From assembly GCF_030684315.1 (NCBI RefSeq), contig NC_081370.1, positions 34,428,728-34,492,727 of the forward strand: 64,000 nt of DNA, read 5' to 3'. The notes under the pieces are model-generated. The model ran no database searches. It saw only the letters and a program-made list of their open reading frames with translations, and had not been told where the DNA came from. Positions 13,878 to 26,000 of this stretch are shown here, in pieces (positions within the stretch are counted from its first letter, which is position 1; each line of letters begins with the position of its first letter). The stretch is from Stegostoma tigrinum (Eukaryota). The position numbers were made by a program, and so were the translations under genes.

Positions 13878-14926
13878 TCATTAGAACATAGGATTTTAAG
13901 GAACTCCACAGGTTAAATGCTGAGAAGATGTTTCCCCAAATGGGAAAATCTAAGCCTCAGAATAAACAGATGCCAGTTTAAGACTCAGATCAGCAGGAGA
14001 TTCTTCTGATGTTTGAGAGTCTTTAGAACTCCTTGCGAGGAAAGCAATGGGAAACAGAGTTCTTGTCAATTTACTTGATTGGTGGTTGTGGAGGAATGAA
14101 CGATAATGGGGGAAAAGGCAGGAAAGTGGGCGTGACGAATGTCAGATCAGCCACGATCCTGTTGAATGGCGGAGCAGACTTAAAGGGCTGAATGGCCTAC
14201 TCCTGTTCCCTTTTGTTATAGTCTTACAAAAATATCAATTTTCAGTAAAGCAAAATAAAACTTAAATCCAGTGAGATATGAAACTGAGGTCCCATCTGGC
14301 CTTTCAGCTGGATATAAAAAAAACCCCATGGCAATACGTCAAAGGAGGGCATTCCCTAGTTTCCTGGTGAATATTTATTCTTCAATTGGCATCACAATAA
14401 CATGTCAACTGGTCATTGTGACATTACTGTTTGTGGGATCTTTATTATTTGCTATATAACATCACCATCACATTAAATCATTGGACATGAACTTTGAAAT
14501 TTCCAGTGGACACAACAAGACACAATATAAAGACAAGTTATTTAACAATAAGTGGAAGTGAAACCTTCTCTCAGTCACAACTTAGGAGGAGTTTTATGGT
14601 TTAAACTTGAGAGCCCGTTAAACATTTCAGAAAGATGGAGCGTGTTAAGGTGTTCTTTGAATTTTCCCCAATTCTGTATGACTGAATTTGATGTGCACTT
14701 CACTGAGACAATGCAACAGCAGTTTTAAATGTGTAATTCATTTCACTTCTCCAATTGTATGTGAGATTTCATCACATTTTGTAATATTTCAAAACTGACT
14801 TCAGATGTGGAATTCCTTGTTTTGTCCTGATTTTCAAAATACACCTCTTCCTAGCGAGTTTTGAGAAGATTTGTAGCTCAGGTTGAGTTTCTGGATGTGG
14901 TTTGCTCACTGAGCTGGAAGGTTCGT

Positions 14927-14968
14927 TTTCAGACGTTTCATCACCATTCTAGGTAACATCATCAGTGA
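14927..14968 (-). ncRNA. Minimal type I hammerhead ribozyme motif in a PLE terminal repeat
   Basis: Minus strand reads UCA CUGAUGA U GUUACC uagaau GGUGAU GAAAC GUC UGA: core boxes, stem II, palindromic ACGU stem III, 3-bp stem I. Confidence 0.7.
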
Positions 14969-15055
14969 GCCTCCCATGAAGCGCTGGTGTTATGTCCCGC
15001 TTTCTATTTATCTGTTTAGGTTTCCTTGGGTTGGTGATGTCATTTTCTGTTCTTT

Positions 15056-17825
15056 TCCTGTTGGACTGTTGTGGGTTCGCTGCTGCGGACATTTACTGCC
15101 TGCAGGATTTCTCTGGAGGAGGTTTTTACGATGTAACATTCAGGAGTGCCAAGCTTTGCGAGTGCTTCCTGGAGGTTTTCAAGGAGAAAGGAGGTGAGGG
15201 CCCCCTCTCTGTATTGACCGCTGTCCCGCTGTTCGTGATGCCAGCGCAGAGGAGCCGTATGGTGACTGTACACATGTACAATCCGCGTGTGCAAGCAGTT
15301 GATGTCCTGACCTTCCTTGGAAGGTACTTGAAGGTGGAACGGGACCTAACCAACATCATGGACCCCTTCGGGATCTGGACCAGTAAGAGGCAGGTCAAGG
15401 TGACTCTGAGGACGGGCACGGACAGGAACATCGTACACCCACCGTACAGCTTCGCGAGGGAGTGGCTGGACCGGCCGATATCCCTGGACAAGCTGACCAG
15501 AGCCCTCAAGTCCTTGGAGAGGAATAAGACTCCCGGGAGCGACGGCTTACTGGTCGAGCTGTATTCCACTCTGTGGGACCTGGTCGGCCAGGACCTGCTG
15601 GAGGTGTACGATAGTGTGCTTCGGGCAGGGGAAATGTGCAAGTCCATGAGGAAGGGCATCATCACCCTCATTTACAAGAGGAAGGGGGAGAGGGAAGAAA
15701 TTAAGATTTGGCGTCCCATTTCACTATTGAACATGGATTACAAAATCCTGGCCAAGGTCAGAGCCAACCGGGTCAGGTCTGTCCTGGAGTCGGTGATTCA
15801 CCCTGACCAAACCTGTGCTGTGCCGGGCAGCAAGATCGCTGAGAGCCTCGCGCTCATCAGGGATACGATCGCCTACGTACAGGACAGGAGGGTGGACACC
15901 TACCTCGTCAGCCTGGACCAGGAGAAGGCCTTCGACAGGGTCTCTCATGCTTACATGAGGGACGTCCTCTCCAAATTGGGGTTCGGGGAGGGCATCCGCA
16001 ATTGGATCCGGCTGCTCTACACCAACATCGTTAGCACAGTCTCGATCAACAGGTGGGAATCGGACAGTTTTCCCGTCAGATCTGGAGTCAGGGAGGGCTG
16101 CCCGTTCTCTCCTGCCTTGTTCGTGTGCTGTGTGGAGCCCTTCGCCGCATCCATCAGGAAGGACGTGAGCCTGAAGGGCGTGACTATCCCAGGCAGCGGA
16201 GGCCTTCAGGTCAAGACTCCCCTGTACATGGACGATGTCGCCGTCTTCTGCACCGATCGTCGGTCGGTGAGTAGGCTGTTGGACATCTGCAGCCAGTTTG
16301 AACTGGCCTCGGGTGCCAAAGTCAATAGGGGTAAGAGCGAGGCCATGTTCTTCGGGAACTGGGACAACCGCTCCTTCATCCCCTTCACCGTCAAGACAGA
16401 CTACCTGAAGGTGCTGGGTGTTTAGTTCAGTGGAGCTGGGGCGTGCACTAAGACTTGGGAGGAGCGTATCACCAAACTGAAGCAGAAGCTGGGCAGGTGG
16501 ACGCTCCGGTCCCCCTCCATCGCGGGTAAGAACCTGGTTGTCAGGTGCGAGGGGCTTTCGGCACTGTTGTATGTGGAGCAGGCCTGGCCTATTCCCTGGA
16601 CCTGCGCCGCTGCGGTCACCCGGGCCATCTTTCACTTCATTTGGGTGTCGAGGATGGACCGGGTCCGCAGGGACACCGTGTACAAAGACCTGGAAAATGG
16701 GGGAAAGGGCGTACCGAACGCCACCCTCGCCCTGACGGCCACCTTTGTGTACAGCTGCATCAAGCTGTGTGTAGATCCTCAGTACGCAAACACCAAGTGT
16801 CACTACTTACTGAGGTTCTACCTGTCCCCGGTGTTGCGAAGGATGGGCCTGGCCTCGTGGCCACGGAATGCTCCGAGTAGTTGGACCGTCCCGTACCACC
16901 TGTCCTTCGTGGAGAAATGTTTGAAGGGAAACACCTTTGACCACAAGGCCGTCAGGCAGTGGTCAGCACGTAGTATCCTCGAGACCCTTCGGGAAAAGGA
17001 GAGGGTGGATCCCGTCGTGTGGTTCCCCACGCACACTGCCAAAGTTGTTTGGCAGAATGCCTCATCGCCAGAACTTTCAAACAAGCACGAGGACGTTACT
17101 TGGCTGGTGATGAGAGGGGCTCTGCCAGTGAGATCCTTTATGCATGCCCGGAATCTCTGCGCCACCGCACGCTGCCCTCGAGGTGGCTGTGGGGGGGACG
17201 AGACTGTCGATCACCTCCTTCTGGAGTGTGCCTATGTGCAGGAGGTCTGGAGGGGGATGCAGTGGTATTTGTCGAGGTTCATCCCGAGCAGCTCCGTGAC
17301 ATGGGACGCTCTGCTCTACGGGCTGTTTCTCGGGACGCGCACTGAGACCAACATCAACTGCGCCTGGAGGACCATCGATGCAGTGAAAGATGCTCTTTGG
17401 TCTGCCCGCAACTTGCTGATCTGCCAGCTGAAAGAACTGACCCCGACCGAGTATTGCAGACTGGCGCACTCCAAGGTCCAGGACTACGTGCTGAGGGACG
17501 GGCTAAAGCTTGGGGCAGCTGCCAACAAGGCGCGGTGGGGAAAGACCACGGTATGAAACAGAATAGAAAAAAGGGCCCTATCTGGTAACTGGGCCCAGCT
17601 GGCACTTGCCCCAACTGGTCAGGGGGCCAATGGGGTCTGTGCGGGGAGACGACTGCCGGGGTATTTTCTTTGCTTCGTTTTTTTTTCTTCTTTGTTTTGT
17701 TTTTGCCTTTAGTTGGTGTATCTACCCCCTGGGTAACCCGGAATGGCTTGCATGACTGGGTAGGTGTATAAATGTTTTTTTTTGTACATTCTATGAATAA
17801 AGTAAATTTTTTCAAATAAAAAAAA
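15056..17825 (+). mobile_element. L1-clade (Tx1-like) non-LTR retrotransposon, internally deleted
   Basis: ORF1-like N-terminus (DIYCLQDF..FYDVTF) fused to RT (KTPGSDGL, WRPISLLN.DYKILAK, LDQEKAFDRV, YMDD at 16225-16236). C-terminal C..C..ETVDHLLLEC zinc motif, one in-frame TAG at 16423-16425, AATAAA and poly(A) at 17796-17825. Confidence 0.9.
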
Positions 17826-18624
17826 GTGATGAAACGTCTGAAGACTAACCTTTCAGCTCAGCGAGCAAACTCACATCCACACCTCTTCTTGTTGCAACCT
17901 CGCACTAGATTAAACAGGTTGATAGACACGATGTTTTTTTTTAAGAAAAACATGTTCAGTTACATAAGAATTGTTTGTAGTCCAGCAACACAAGATTTAT
18001 CAGTTTGTTCACTGAATTGCAAAGTAGCCAAACTGTTAGACACAAGAAGGCTGCAGATGCTGGAATCCAAGGTAGACAAACAAGGGACTGGAAGAACACA
18101 GCCCACCAGGCAGCATCTGGAGGAAAGGAGCAGTCAATGTTTCAAACCCTTGGTCACTACTAGAAAAACTCTGAACATCACCCCAGAAATTTCCTAAATT
18201 TGTTATCATAAAGAAATTATTAATTGTTGTAATACTGTCATTTGAAGAGTTAGTATAGATGAATACTGTTTTTTAATTAACTATTGAGAAAAGAAGGTAT
18301 GCTTTGCTACTGGTATTAATTACAGCTTTAAAGCTCTGCCTTTTGAACTGGAAAATTTGTTAATAGGATAAATTTTAATGAAGCAAACAGTGCATTGTTG
18401 CTTCAAAGTGGAAGCAAATTACTGCTGTATGGCTGACCGTGATTTGCAGCATGTTTTTTTGTTTTCAGTGCATTGTTCCTTTTGCATAATATGATTAAAT
18501 TTCCTAGACCTGAGAAAAATGATACAACTCCAGTGGACTTGAGCTGGGAATTACTTCTCCAGTTCTGTGGTTAGCTCACCATTTTGTATTTTCTTCCGGG
18601 AGATGTCAAATGCAAATGTGAGTA

Positions 18625-20030
18625 TATCAAAATCATTCAATAAGGTTCCACATGGTAGGCTCATTCCGAAAGTAAGGATGCATGGGATTTATGGAAATTT
18701 GGCTGTCTGGATACAAAACTGGCTGTCCAAAAAAGACAGAGGGCGGTAGTAGATGGAAAGTATTCAGTCTGGAGCTCGGTGACCAGTGGTGTTCTGCAGG
18801 GATCTATTCTGGGAACTCTGTTCTTTGTGATTTTTATAAATGACTTGGATGAAGAAGGGTGGGTTAGTAAGTTTGCCGATGACACAAAGATTGGAGGAGT
18901 TGTGGACAGGGTGGAGGGCTGTTGCAGGTTGCAACACGACATTGACTGGATGCAGAGCTGGGCAAAGAAGTGGCAGATGGAATTCACCCCTGAAAAGTGT
19001 GAAGTGATTCATTTTGAAGGCTGAATTTGAATGCAGAATACAGGGTTAGGGACAGGATTCATGGCAGTGTGGAGGAACAGAGGGATCTTGGAATCCACGT
19101 CCATAGATCCCTCAGTGTTGCTACCTACATTGATAGGGTTATAAATAAGGTGTGTTGGCTTTCATTGGTTGGGGAATTGAGTTTAAGAGCCGAGAGGTTA
19201 TGCTGCAGTTCTATAACACTCTAGTTAGGCTATTGGTGATGGCTAGCATGAGGGACATAGCTTTAAATTGAGGGGTGATAGATGTAGGACAGAAGTCAGA
19301 GGTAGGTTCTTCACTCAGAGTAGTCAGGGCGTGAAATGCCCTGCCTGCAACAGTAGTAGACTCGCCAATTTTAAGGGCATTTTAAATGGTCATTGGATAA
19401 ATGTGTGGATGATAATGGAATAGTGTAGGTTAGATGGGCTTCAGATTGGTTTCACAGGTCGATGCAGCATTGAGGGCCAAAGGGCCTGTACTGCGCTGTA
19501 ATGTTCTATGTTCTATCGTGTTCACTTCTGGTCACCTCATTATAGGAAAAATGTGGAAGCTTTAGAGAGGGTGCAGAGGAGATTTACCAGGATGCTGCCT
19601 GGGCTGGAGGGCAGGTCTTATGAGGAAAGGTTGAGAGAGCTAGGGCTTTTTTTCATTGGAGTGAAGAAGGATGAGACGTGACTTGATAGAGGTTTACAAG
19701 ATGATGAAAGGCATAGATAGAATGGATAGTCAGAGACTTTTTCCCAGGGCTGAAATGACTGTTGTGAGGGGGCATAATTTTGGCGGTTGGAGGAAGGTAT
19801 AAGGGAGATATCAGAGGTACATTCTTCACACAGAGTGGTGGGTGTATAGAATGCATGCCGGCAGTGGTAGTGGAGTCAGATACTTTAGAGACTTTTAAGC
19901 GACTTGGAGAGGCACACAGAGGATAATAAAATGAAGGATATGATCTTATGTAGGGTAGATTGATCTTAGTCGGATAATAGGTTGGCACAACATTGTGGTC
20001 TGAAGGGCCTGCACTGTTCTATGTTCTATA
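18625..20030 (+). mobile_element. CR1 LINE (5'-truncated) with a second CR1 3' fragment nested at about 19228-19516
   Basis: SGVLQGSILG..FINDLD..KFADDTK; two (ttctatg)n tails near 19505 and 20018. Confidence 0.88.
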
Positions 20031-20334
20031 TACCATGAAAATGCATCACCTGATATAATTACCATATTGTTCCTAAGGCAACATGAAGTCCATGTAAGTG
20101 ACAGATTTTCAAATTACTTCAGTGGAATTCATCAATTTGTAGGAAAATCAACTTTGAGTAGAATTGTTGGATAATTAGTGGCTATCTGCAGGCAGGCTGT
20201 ATCCTGCACTCGGTGACTGTCAAGTACAATTAGAGGTCTTTGCTCAACATTTTTAAAAGTAGTTTACAAATTGACAGAGCTCTGGAAGATGACATTGTGG
20301 TGAGTTTGACCATGCTGAGAATGCAGCCCAGTTC

Positions 20335-20642
20335 ACAGAAGCCCTACAGCATGAAAGCAGGTTATTTGGCCCATCGACCCTCTGAAGAGCATCCCACCCA
20401 GACCACACTCCCCTACTCCATATGTCTCACCTGGTATTTTCCATGGCTAATTTACCTGGCCTGCCCACCTTGGCCAGTCCACCTACTCTGCATATCTTTG
20501 AGAGGAAACCAGAACACCCAGAGGAAATCCACACGGACAAGGGGAGAATGTGAAAACTCCACACAGACAGTCATCCGAGGCTGGAATCAAACCTGAGTTC
20601 CTAGTGCTGTGAGGCAACAATGCTAACTACAGAGCCACCACA
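20335..20642 (-). mobile_element. HE1-type SINE, degenerate
   Basis: Reverse complement of the element at 32133-32455. Confidence 0.8.
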
Positions 20643-22885
20643 CTGCTCTCGATACAATAGCTAGACCATGTTATTGCAGATGCTAAATTTTGTTAAATAC
20701 ACAACTACATGAATCTTAGTTTCTCATGTATTTGATCATGTCTTTGCTGGTGTTAAGACTCCAATCTAATCAGTGGTGAATTGCTTTTAATAATCATTTA
20801 GATTTTTCTTTAACATACCTTACTTGAGTCACTTCATAAAATTATAGAGAAATCTAACAAATTTTCAGACTAACTGCCAAAGCTAATTGGAGACATAATT
20901 AAATATTTCCCATAGCTTCCAAGGTATTGGGACTTGAAGCTAAAACAGAAATTGCTGGAGAAAATCAAGACCGGCAGCATCTGTGGGGAGAGAGAGTTAA
21001 TGGTTTTGAGTCCAGTGACCCTTCAGAAGGGACTTGATGTTGGCAACCACAAGGTGTTCGCTATGGTCCAATCTAAAAATTATGATCACAAAAGTTGGTA
21101 CAGTGACAGATATTTTTAACGTTCTTTCCTTCCCTATAGTTTGCCTTTTTTGAAACTGTGAAAACTTTATATTTTTGTATCTCTGGCAATGGAATCCGTC
21201 TTTTTCCAGTGAATGTGTGTCAGAAAGTAACTCCCCCCGAATAGCGAAAACTGGATAATCTATCTTGTGAGATTTTACCTGTAAGTATTTGTAAAATGTT
21301 TTGTTCTAGCCAGCCAAAAAATACATTAGCAACATTAACTATGTTTCCCTTGGCATGCTTACAAACTGACATTGTTTGTTTCTACTGTATATGGATGGTG
21401 GTTGATACAAAATTGTACTGTTTGTCTTTTTGTATTACAAGTTGTAATTAAATGTATCCGAATGAGGAAATGTAAATGTTCAAATGGTATGTTCTATAAA
21501 TACAGTAAATAATGAAATCTAAATAAAATACATATCACTGAGAAATACTGTTTCCTTCCTTATTGACATACACAGAAACACTTGTACCGAAGGTGACTCC
21601 AGAGTCTTGAAATATATTTCCAGACACACAACATTGAGTTAAGAAGTACATGAGAGGGAGCCTTTGGCACAGTACATTGTTTAATTTATATAAATATCTG
21701 ATATTATTTAAACGTTGTATTTATGATATGCAATGTTTTACTTAATACACTTCTAATTTACTCTGAACCCCAGAAATAAGGCAGACAAAACTGAATCTAA
21801 TGTTACAATTTTGTTTTATTTAATGTTCTACTTTGGGTTTGTATCTGCTGTGTTTTTTGTGCTATTACCAATTTCCACATGTTAACAGTTTTTAAGCTTT
21901 GGTGGAAGTTTGAGGCATTCAGACATACAAATTGATTCAAGTTAAACCTTTTAAAGCTATATCAGCAAATATATAATTCTTCACATCTCTGATTTAAACT
22001 TTTTTCCTCCCCAGCCCGACCCCGTACCTTATCTGCTCTTCATGCTAGACATTTTTTTCTCTCGCCGAAAAGACCCAGCGGCAGATTCCACATGTACACT
22101 GGCAACACATCTCTACATCACAACCTCTCTTAAACCCCTTACTGTGTCTATATTGGCTCACTTGGCCTAGAAAAATTGTTCTTCACGTTTATTATTGGGG
22201 AAAACCAGTGCCACTACCTTTGACCCCCACCCCCCCGAAGGAGAATACTAGTTGCCGCTGATTCCATGCCTTCTCTAACAACTGTTGCACATTGAACCAG
22301 CCTGATCCCAGTTTCTGTGCTTTATTTTGTCTAGGTTTGAGCTTCTGACCTCATTTCCTAATCATTAGCCATGTACTTCTGCCTCCACTCGAGTTTCTTT
22401 GAGTTGGTATCACCTCCAGATTTGGCTATTCCAATGTACACATAGCTAACCTACTGAAATATGTAAATGCACATAATCAATTAAAACCTTTAGACTCATT
22501 AACGACTTAACAGCATCTTAGGTTTGTTTCGTACATCCTCATTAATGGGTGTGAACCTTTGATCTTTTACTTATAAATTCAGTGCCTGATACTAACATCT
22601 GAAGGAGTGAAGCTCCGAAAGCTTGTGTCGAATAAACTTGTAGGACTATAAGCTCGTGTCGTGTGATTTCTGAACTTTTTAAGATTTGAAAATAAATAGC
22701 AAAATACTTCTTTCTAAAATTAATTTATTGTTTTCTCAATGCACTGGAACTGTATTAAGTAAAATTTTGCATTTCATAAATACAATGCTTCAATAATGTA
22801 CAGATATCTATATAAATTAAATAACTTTAAACGCCTACGCCCCCCAGCGGTGGAAATTGGACAGTCGGCTCCGCCCGAGCCCGGT

Positions 22886-22897
22886 GAAAGTGAAACT
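22886..22897 (+). promoter_or_regulatory. ISRE / IRF-binding element GAAAGTGAAACT
   Basis: Exact match to GAAANNGAAACT (reverse strand AGTTTCACTTTC), about 95 nt upstream of the ATG. Confidence 0.7.
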
Positions 22898-22990
22898 CGG
22901 GCCGAGCGGAAGCTGCCCGTTGGTGTGCTGTCGGGTTTACAACGAGAGAAGCGCCGGATCGGGTCACGCACACACACACAGAGAGGGGCC

Positions 22991-23063
22991 ATGGGCCCGG
23001 TGAGGAGCTCGCTGCCGCCTCTGGTCCCGGTGTTAGCACTGCTGACCCTGGTACCGCACTCAG
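22991..23063 (+). CDS. Gene B exon 1: signal peptide [24 protein letters not shown]
   Basis: Strong Kozak context gggccATGg, hydrophobic core, phase-1 donor TCAG|gtaaag, located in a CpG-rich island. Confidence 0.85.
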
Positions 23064-26000
23064 GTAAAGGTCGGGGATGGGATGGGATGGGGGAAAGCGG
23101 CCATTCGGCCGGGCTGGGGGATCAAAGTTGCTACAGATTTGTGGCTGGCCGAGTAAAAATGAAAGCAACAACTTGGCGATCGTTGACCCGCGAGCCACGC
23201 CGTGCTTCTGGGCAAGTCAGAAGGGGAGAAGGTAGAACATGCTGGTCTGACCTGTACAGCTCACAGCAGTACTTTCATTTCCAGTTATCACTTTAGGCTT
23301 CCCAGAGGGATGAAACTATTCATTTCGACCCACCCGGATCCCAACAGACTTACCCATTCCCACACTTTGCCCGATTCCCTTTAGAATGGTGAGAGCTTTC
23401 GAGGATGTCCGGGTTTGGGCTTTGTGAGGATTGTTGTATGTGGGACTAACCAGGAGGCGAGGAGACACGCCTGCAAAAGGAGGGGACACTAAATCCAAGT
23501 TCAGCAGGGCTAAAGCCCTTTCTTGTCCAGCGCTATACCGTTTAGTACTACGCAATGAAATTGTAGTAGGTGTAAAAGTAAATACTGGAGGGTGTGTGAA
23601 TTCCTTGAGGTGCAATGGCAGTATCTTTGTCTTAGGAGGTCCAGATTCAAGTGCCACCTGTTCAAGAGGTGTGTAATAACATCTCAGAACAAGTTCATTA
23701 GAAATATCTAAATCATCTCATGGAAAGATTTAAAAAAACTGGAATGGGAAGGCAGGGATAATGGGAACTGCAGATGCTGGAGAATCCAAGAGAACAAAGT
23801 GTGAAGCTGGATGAACACAGCAGGCCAAGCAGCATCTCAGGAGCACAAAAGCTGACGTTTCGGGCCTAGACCCTTCATCAGAGAGGGGGATGTGATGAGG
23901 GTTCTGGAATAAATAGGGAGAGAGGGGGAGGCGGACCGAAGATGGAGAGAAAAGAAGATAGATGGAGAGGGGAGTATAGGTGGGGAGTTAGGGAGGGGAT
24001 AGGTCAGTCCAGGGAAGATGGACAGGTCAAGGAGGTGGGATGAGGTGGTAGGAAATGGAGGTGCAGCTTGGGGTGGGAGGAAGGGATGGGTGAGAGGAAG
24101 AACAGGTTAGGGAAGCAGAGACAAGTTGGACTGGTTTTGGGACGCAGTGGGGGGGGAGAGGGGATGAGCTGGGCTGGTTTTGGGACGCAGTGGGGGGGGG
24201 AGGGGATGAGCTGGGCTGGTTTTGGGACGCAGTGGGGGGGGGAGGGGATGAGCTGGGCTGGTTTTGGGACGCAGTGGGGGGGGGGGGCGGGAGGGGAAGA
24301 ATTGGGCTGGTTTTGGGATGCAGTGGGGGAAGGGGAGGCTTTGAAGCTTGTGAAGTCCACATTGATAGCATTGGGCTGCAGGGTTCCCAAGCGGAATATG
24401 AGTTGCTGTTTCTGCAACCTTTGGGTGGCATTGTTGTGGCACTGCAGGAGGCCTATGATGGACATGTCGTCTAAGGAATGGGAGGGGGAGTTAAAATGGT
24501 TCGCGACTGGGAGGTGCAGTTGTTTATTGCGAACCGAGTGGAGGTGTTCTGCAAAGTGGTCCCCAAACCTCCGCTTGGTTTCCCCAATCTAGAGGAAGCC
24601 CAAAACCAGCCCAGTTCTTCCCCTCCCCCCACTGCATCACAAAACCAGCTCAGCCCATCCCCTCCCCCCACTGTATCCCAAAACCAGTCCAGCCTGTCTC
24701 TGCTTCCCTAACCTGTTCTTCCTCTCACCCATCCCTTCCTCCCACCTCAAGCCGCACCTCCATCTCCTACCTACTAACCTCATCCCGCCTCCTTGACCTG
24801 TCCGTCTTCCCTGGACTGACCTATCTCCTCCCTACCTCTATTCCCCTCTCCACCTATCTTCTTTTCTCTCCATCTTCGGTCCGCCTCCCCCTCTCTCCCT
24901 ATTTATTCCAGAACCCTCACCCCATCCCCCTCTCTGATGAAGGGCCTAGGCCCAAAACGTCAGCTTTTGTGCTCCTGAGATGCTGCTTGGCCTGCTGTGT
25001 TCATCCAGCTTCACACTTTGTTCTCTTGGATTCTCCAGCATCTGCAGTTCCCATTATCTCTGATCCCCCAACTCTGTGCCTGGTCCCACCTGTTCTGGAG
25101 GTGTCTAATAATATCTCTGAACAGGTTAATTAGAAAATATCTTAAACTGGCTTCAAGTCTCAACTGCTCTAGATTTGTGTAATAACATTTCTGAACAAGT
25201 TGTTGAAAAAATATTTAAAGACAGTTGTTTGGAGTATAATATCTCCACCACAATTCTAATTTAACACCATCCCTCTCTTTCTGCCCTTTCTTATTTGTTT
25301 ATGCTACATTGCTCATGGTGGTTGTGTTTCCAAAAAGAGATGTAAAATGAGCTTGCGATTTAGCTGCTAATGTTAGATATTGCAAATCAATGGCCAGATA
25401 TGTTTATCTTATCATTTTTTTGCCTATTAGATTGTGTTCCTTTACTTGGCTTGAATGAAGAGATAGAGAAGATAATTTAATAACAAGACAGAACTTTTGG
25501 TCTATCAGGACCAAATAAAGCAAACCATTGATACTCCTAAGACCTATAATCATGATAAGTTAAATATAAATCAATTATAAAATGCCCATTAGTTAGCAGG
25601 TATGTCTAAGTCCGATCTACTGGATTGGCTCAGCCATTCACACAGTGTATGGGTTATCAATTTCACTCACAAGGTCCTCTGTTACAGAATTTTATGCCTT
25701 TTTAGGGATTTAAGCTGATTGCCAGCCAAGAGCGGTGCTTAATCAATCCACCAATGGGCACTGTCTTCATGAAAAATGGCATGTTTCTGCTGAGCCTCTT
25801 CAACTCTGCTTATGATGGGTCTGGATGATGTAGGCCCAGTATTATGCTCAAGTAACACAAACATCCGTAACTGTGTTTAACTATACCTATCATCTGGGTA
25901 TAGATTTGTCTCCTTTTGCTTACCTGCATCACACCATCAGTTTTAGCCTTCCCGGAAGCCTTGGTTTGCAATCTTAATTTCAGCCTTACTTCCCATGTCA

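Larger units (their letters stand above)
14851..17878. mobile_element. Fold-back PLE remnant (arms about 14851-15055 and 17826-17878) interrupted by a Tx1/L1 element
   Basis: Arms are reverse complements (cagacgtttcatcac / gtgatgaaacgtctg); outer 10-bp TSD acacctcttc at 14841-14850 and 17879-17888. Confidence 0.7.
22830..23215 (+). promoter_or_regulatory. CpG-island promoter and 5' region of gene B
   Basis: CpG-dense, apparently non-repeat segment in an otherwise AT-rich window. Contains inverted CCAAT (ATTGG 22856-22860), GC box CCGCCC (22871-22876) and ETS core CGGAAG (22907-22912). Confidence 0.75.

Noticed and set aside
21120-21850. AT-rich 3'UTR-like stretch with AATAAA near 21522 as gene A's last exon
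   Set aside because: Plausible but indistinguishable from AT-rich background without transcript data.
22796-23296. 166-aa ORF and overlapping antisense ORFs at the promoter
   Set aside because: GC-rich read-through around the 73-nt leader exon; only 22991-23063 has Kozak and donor support.
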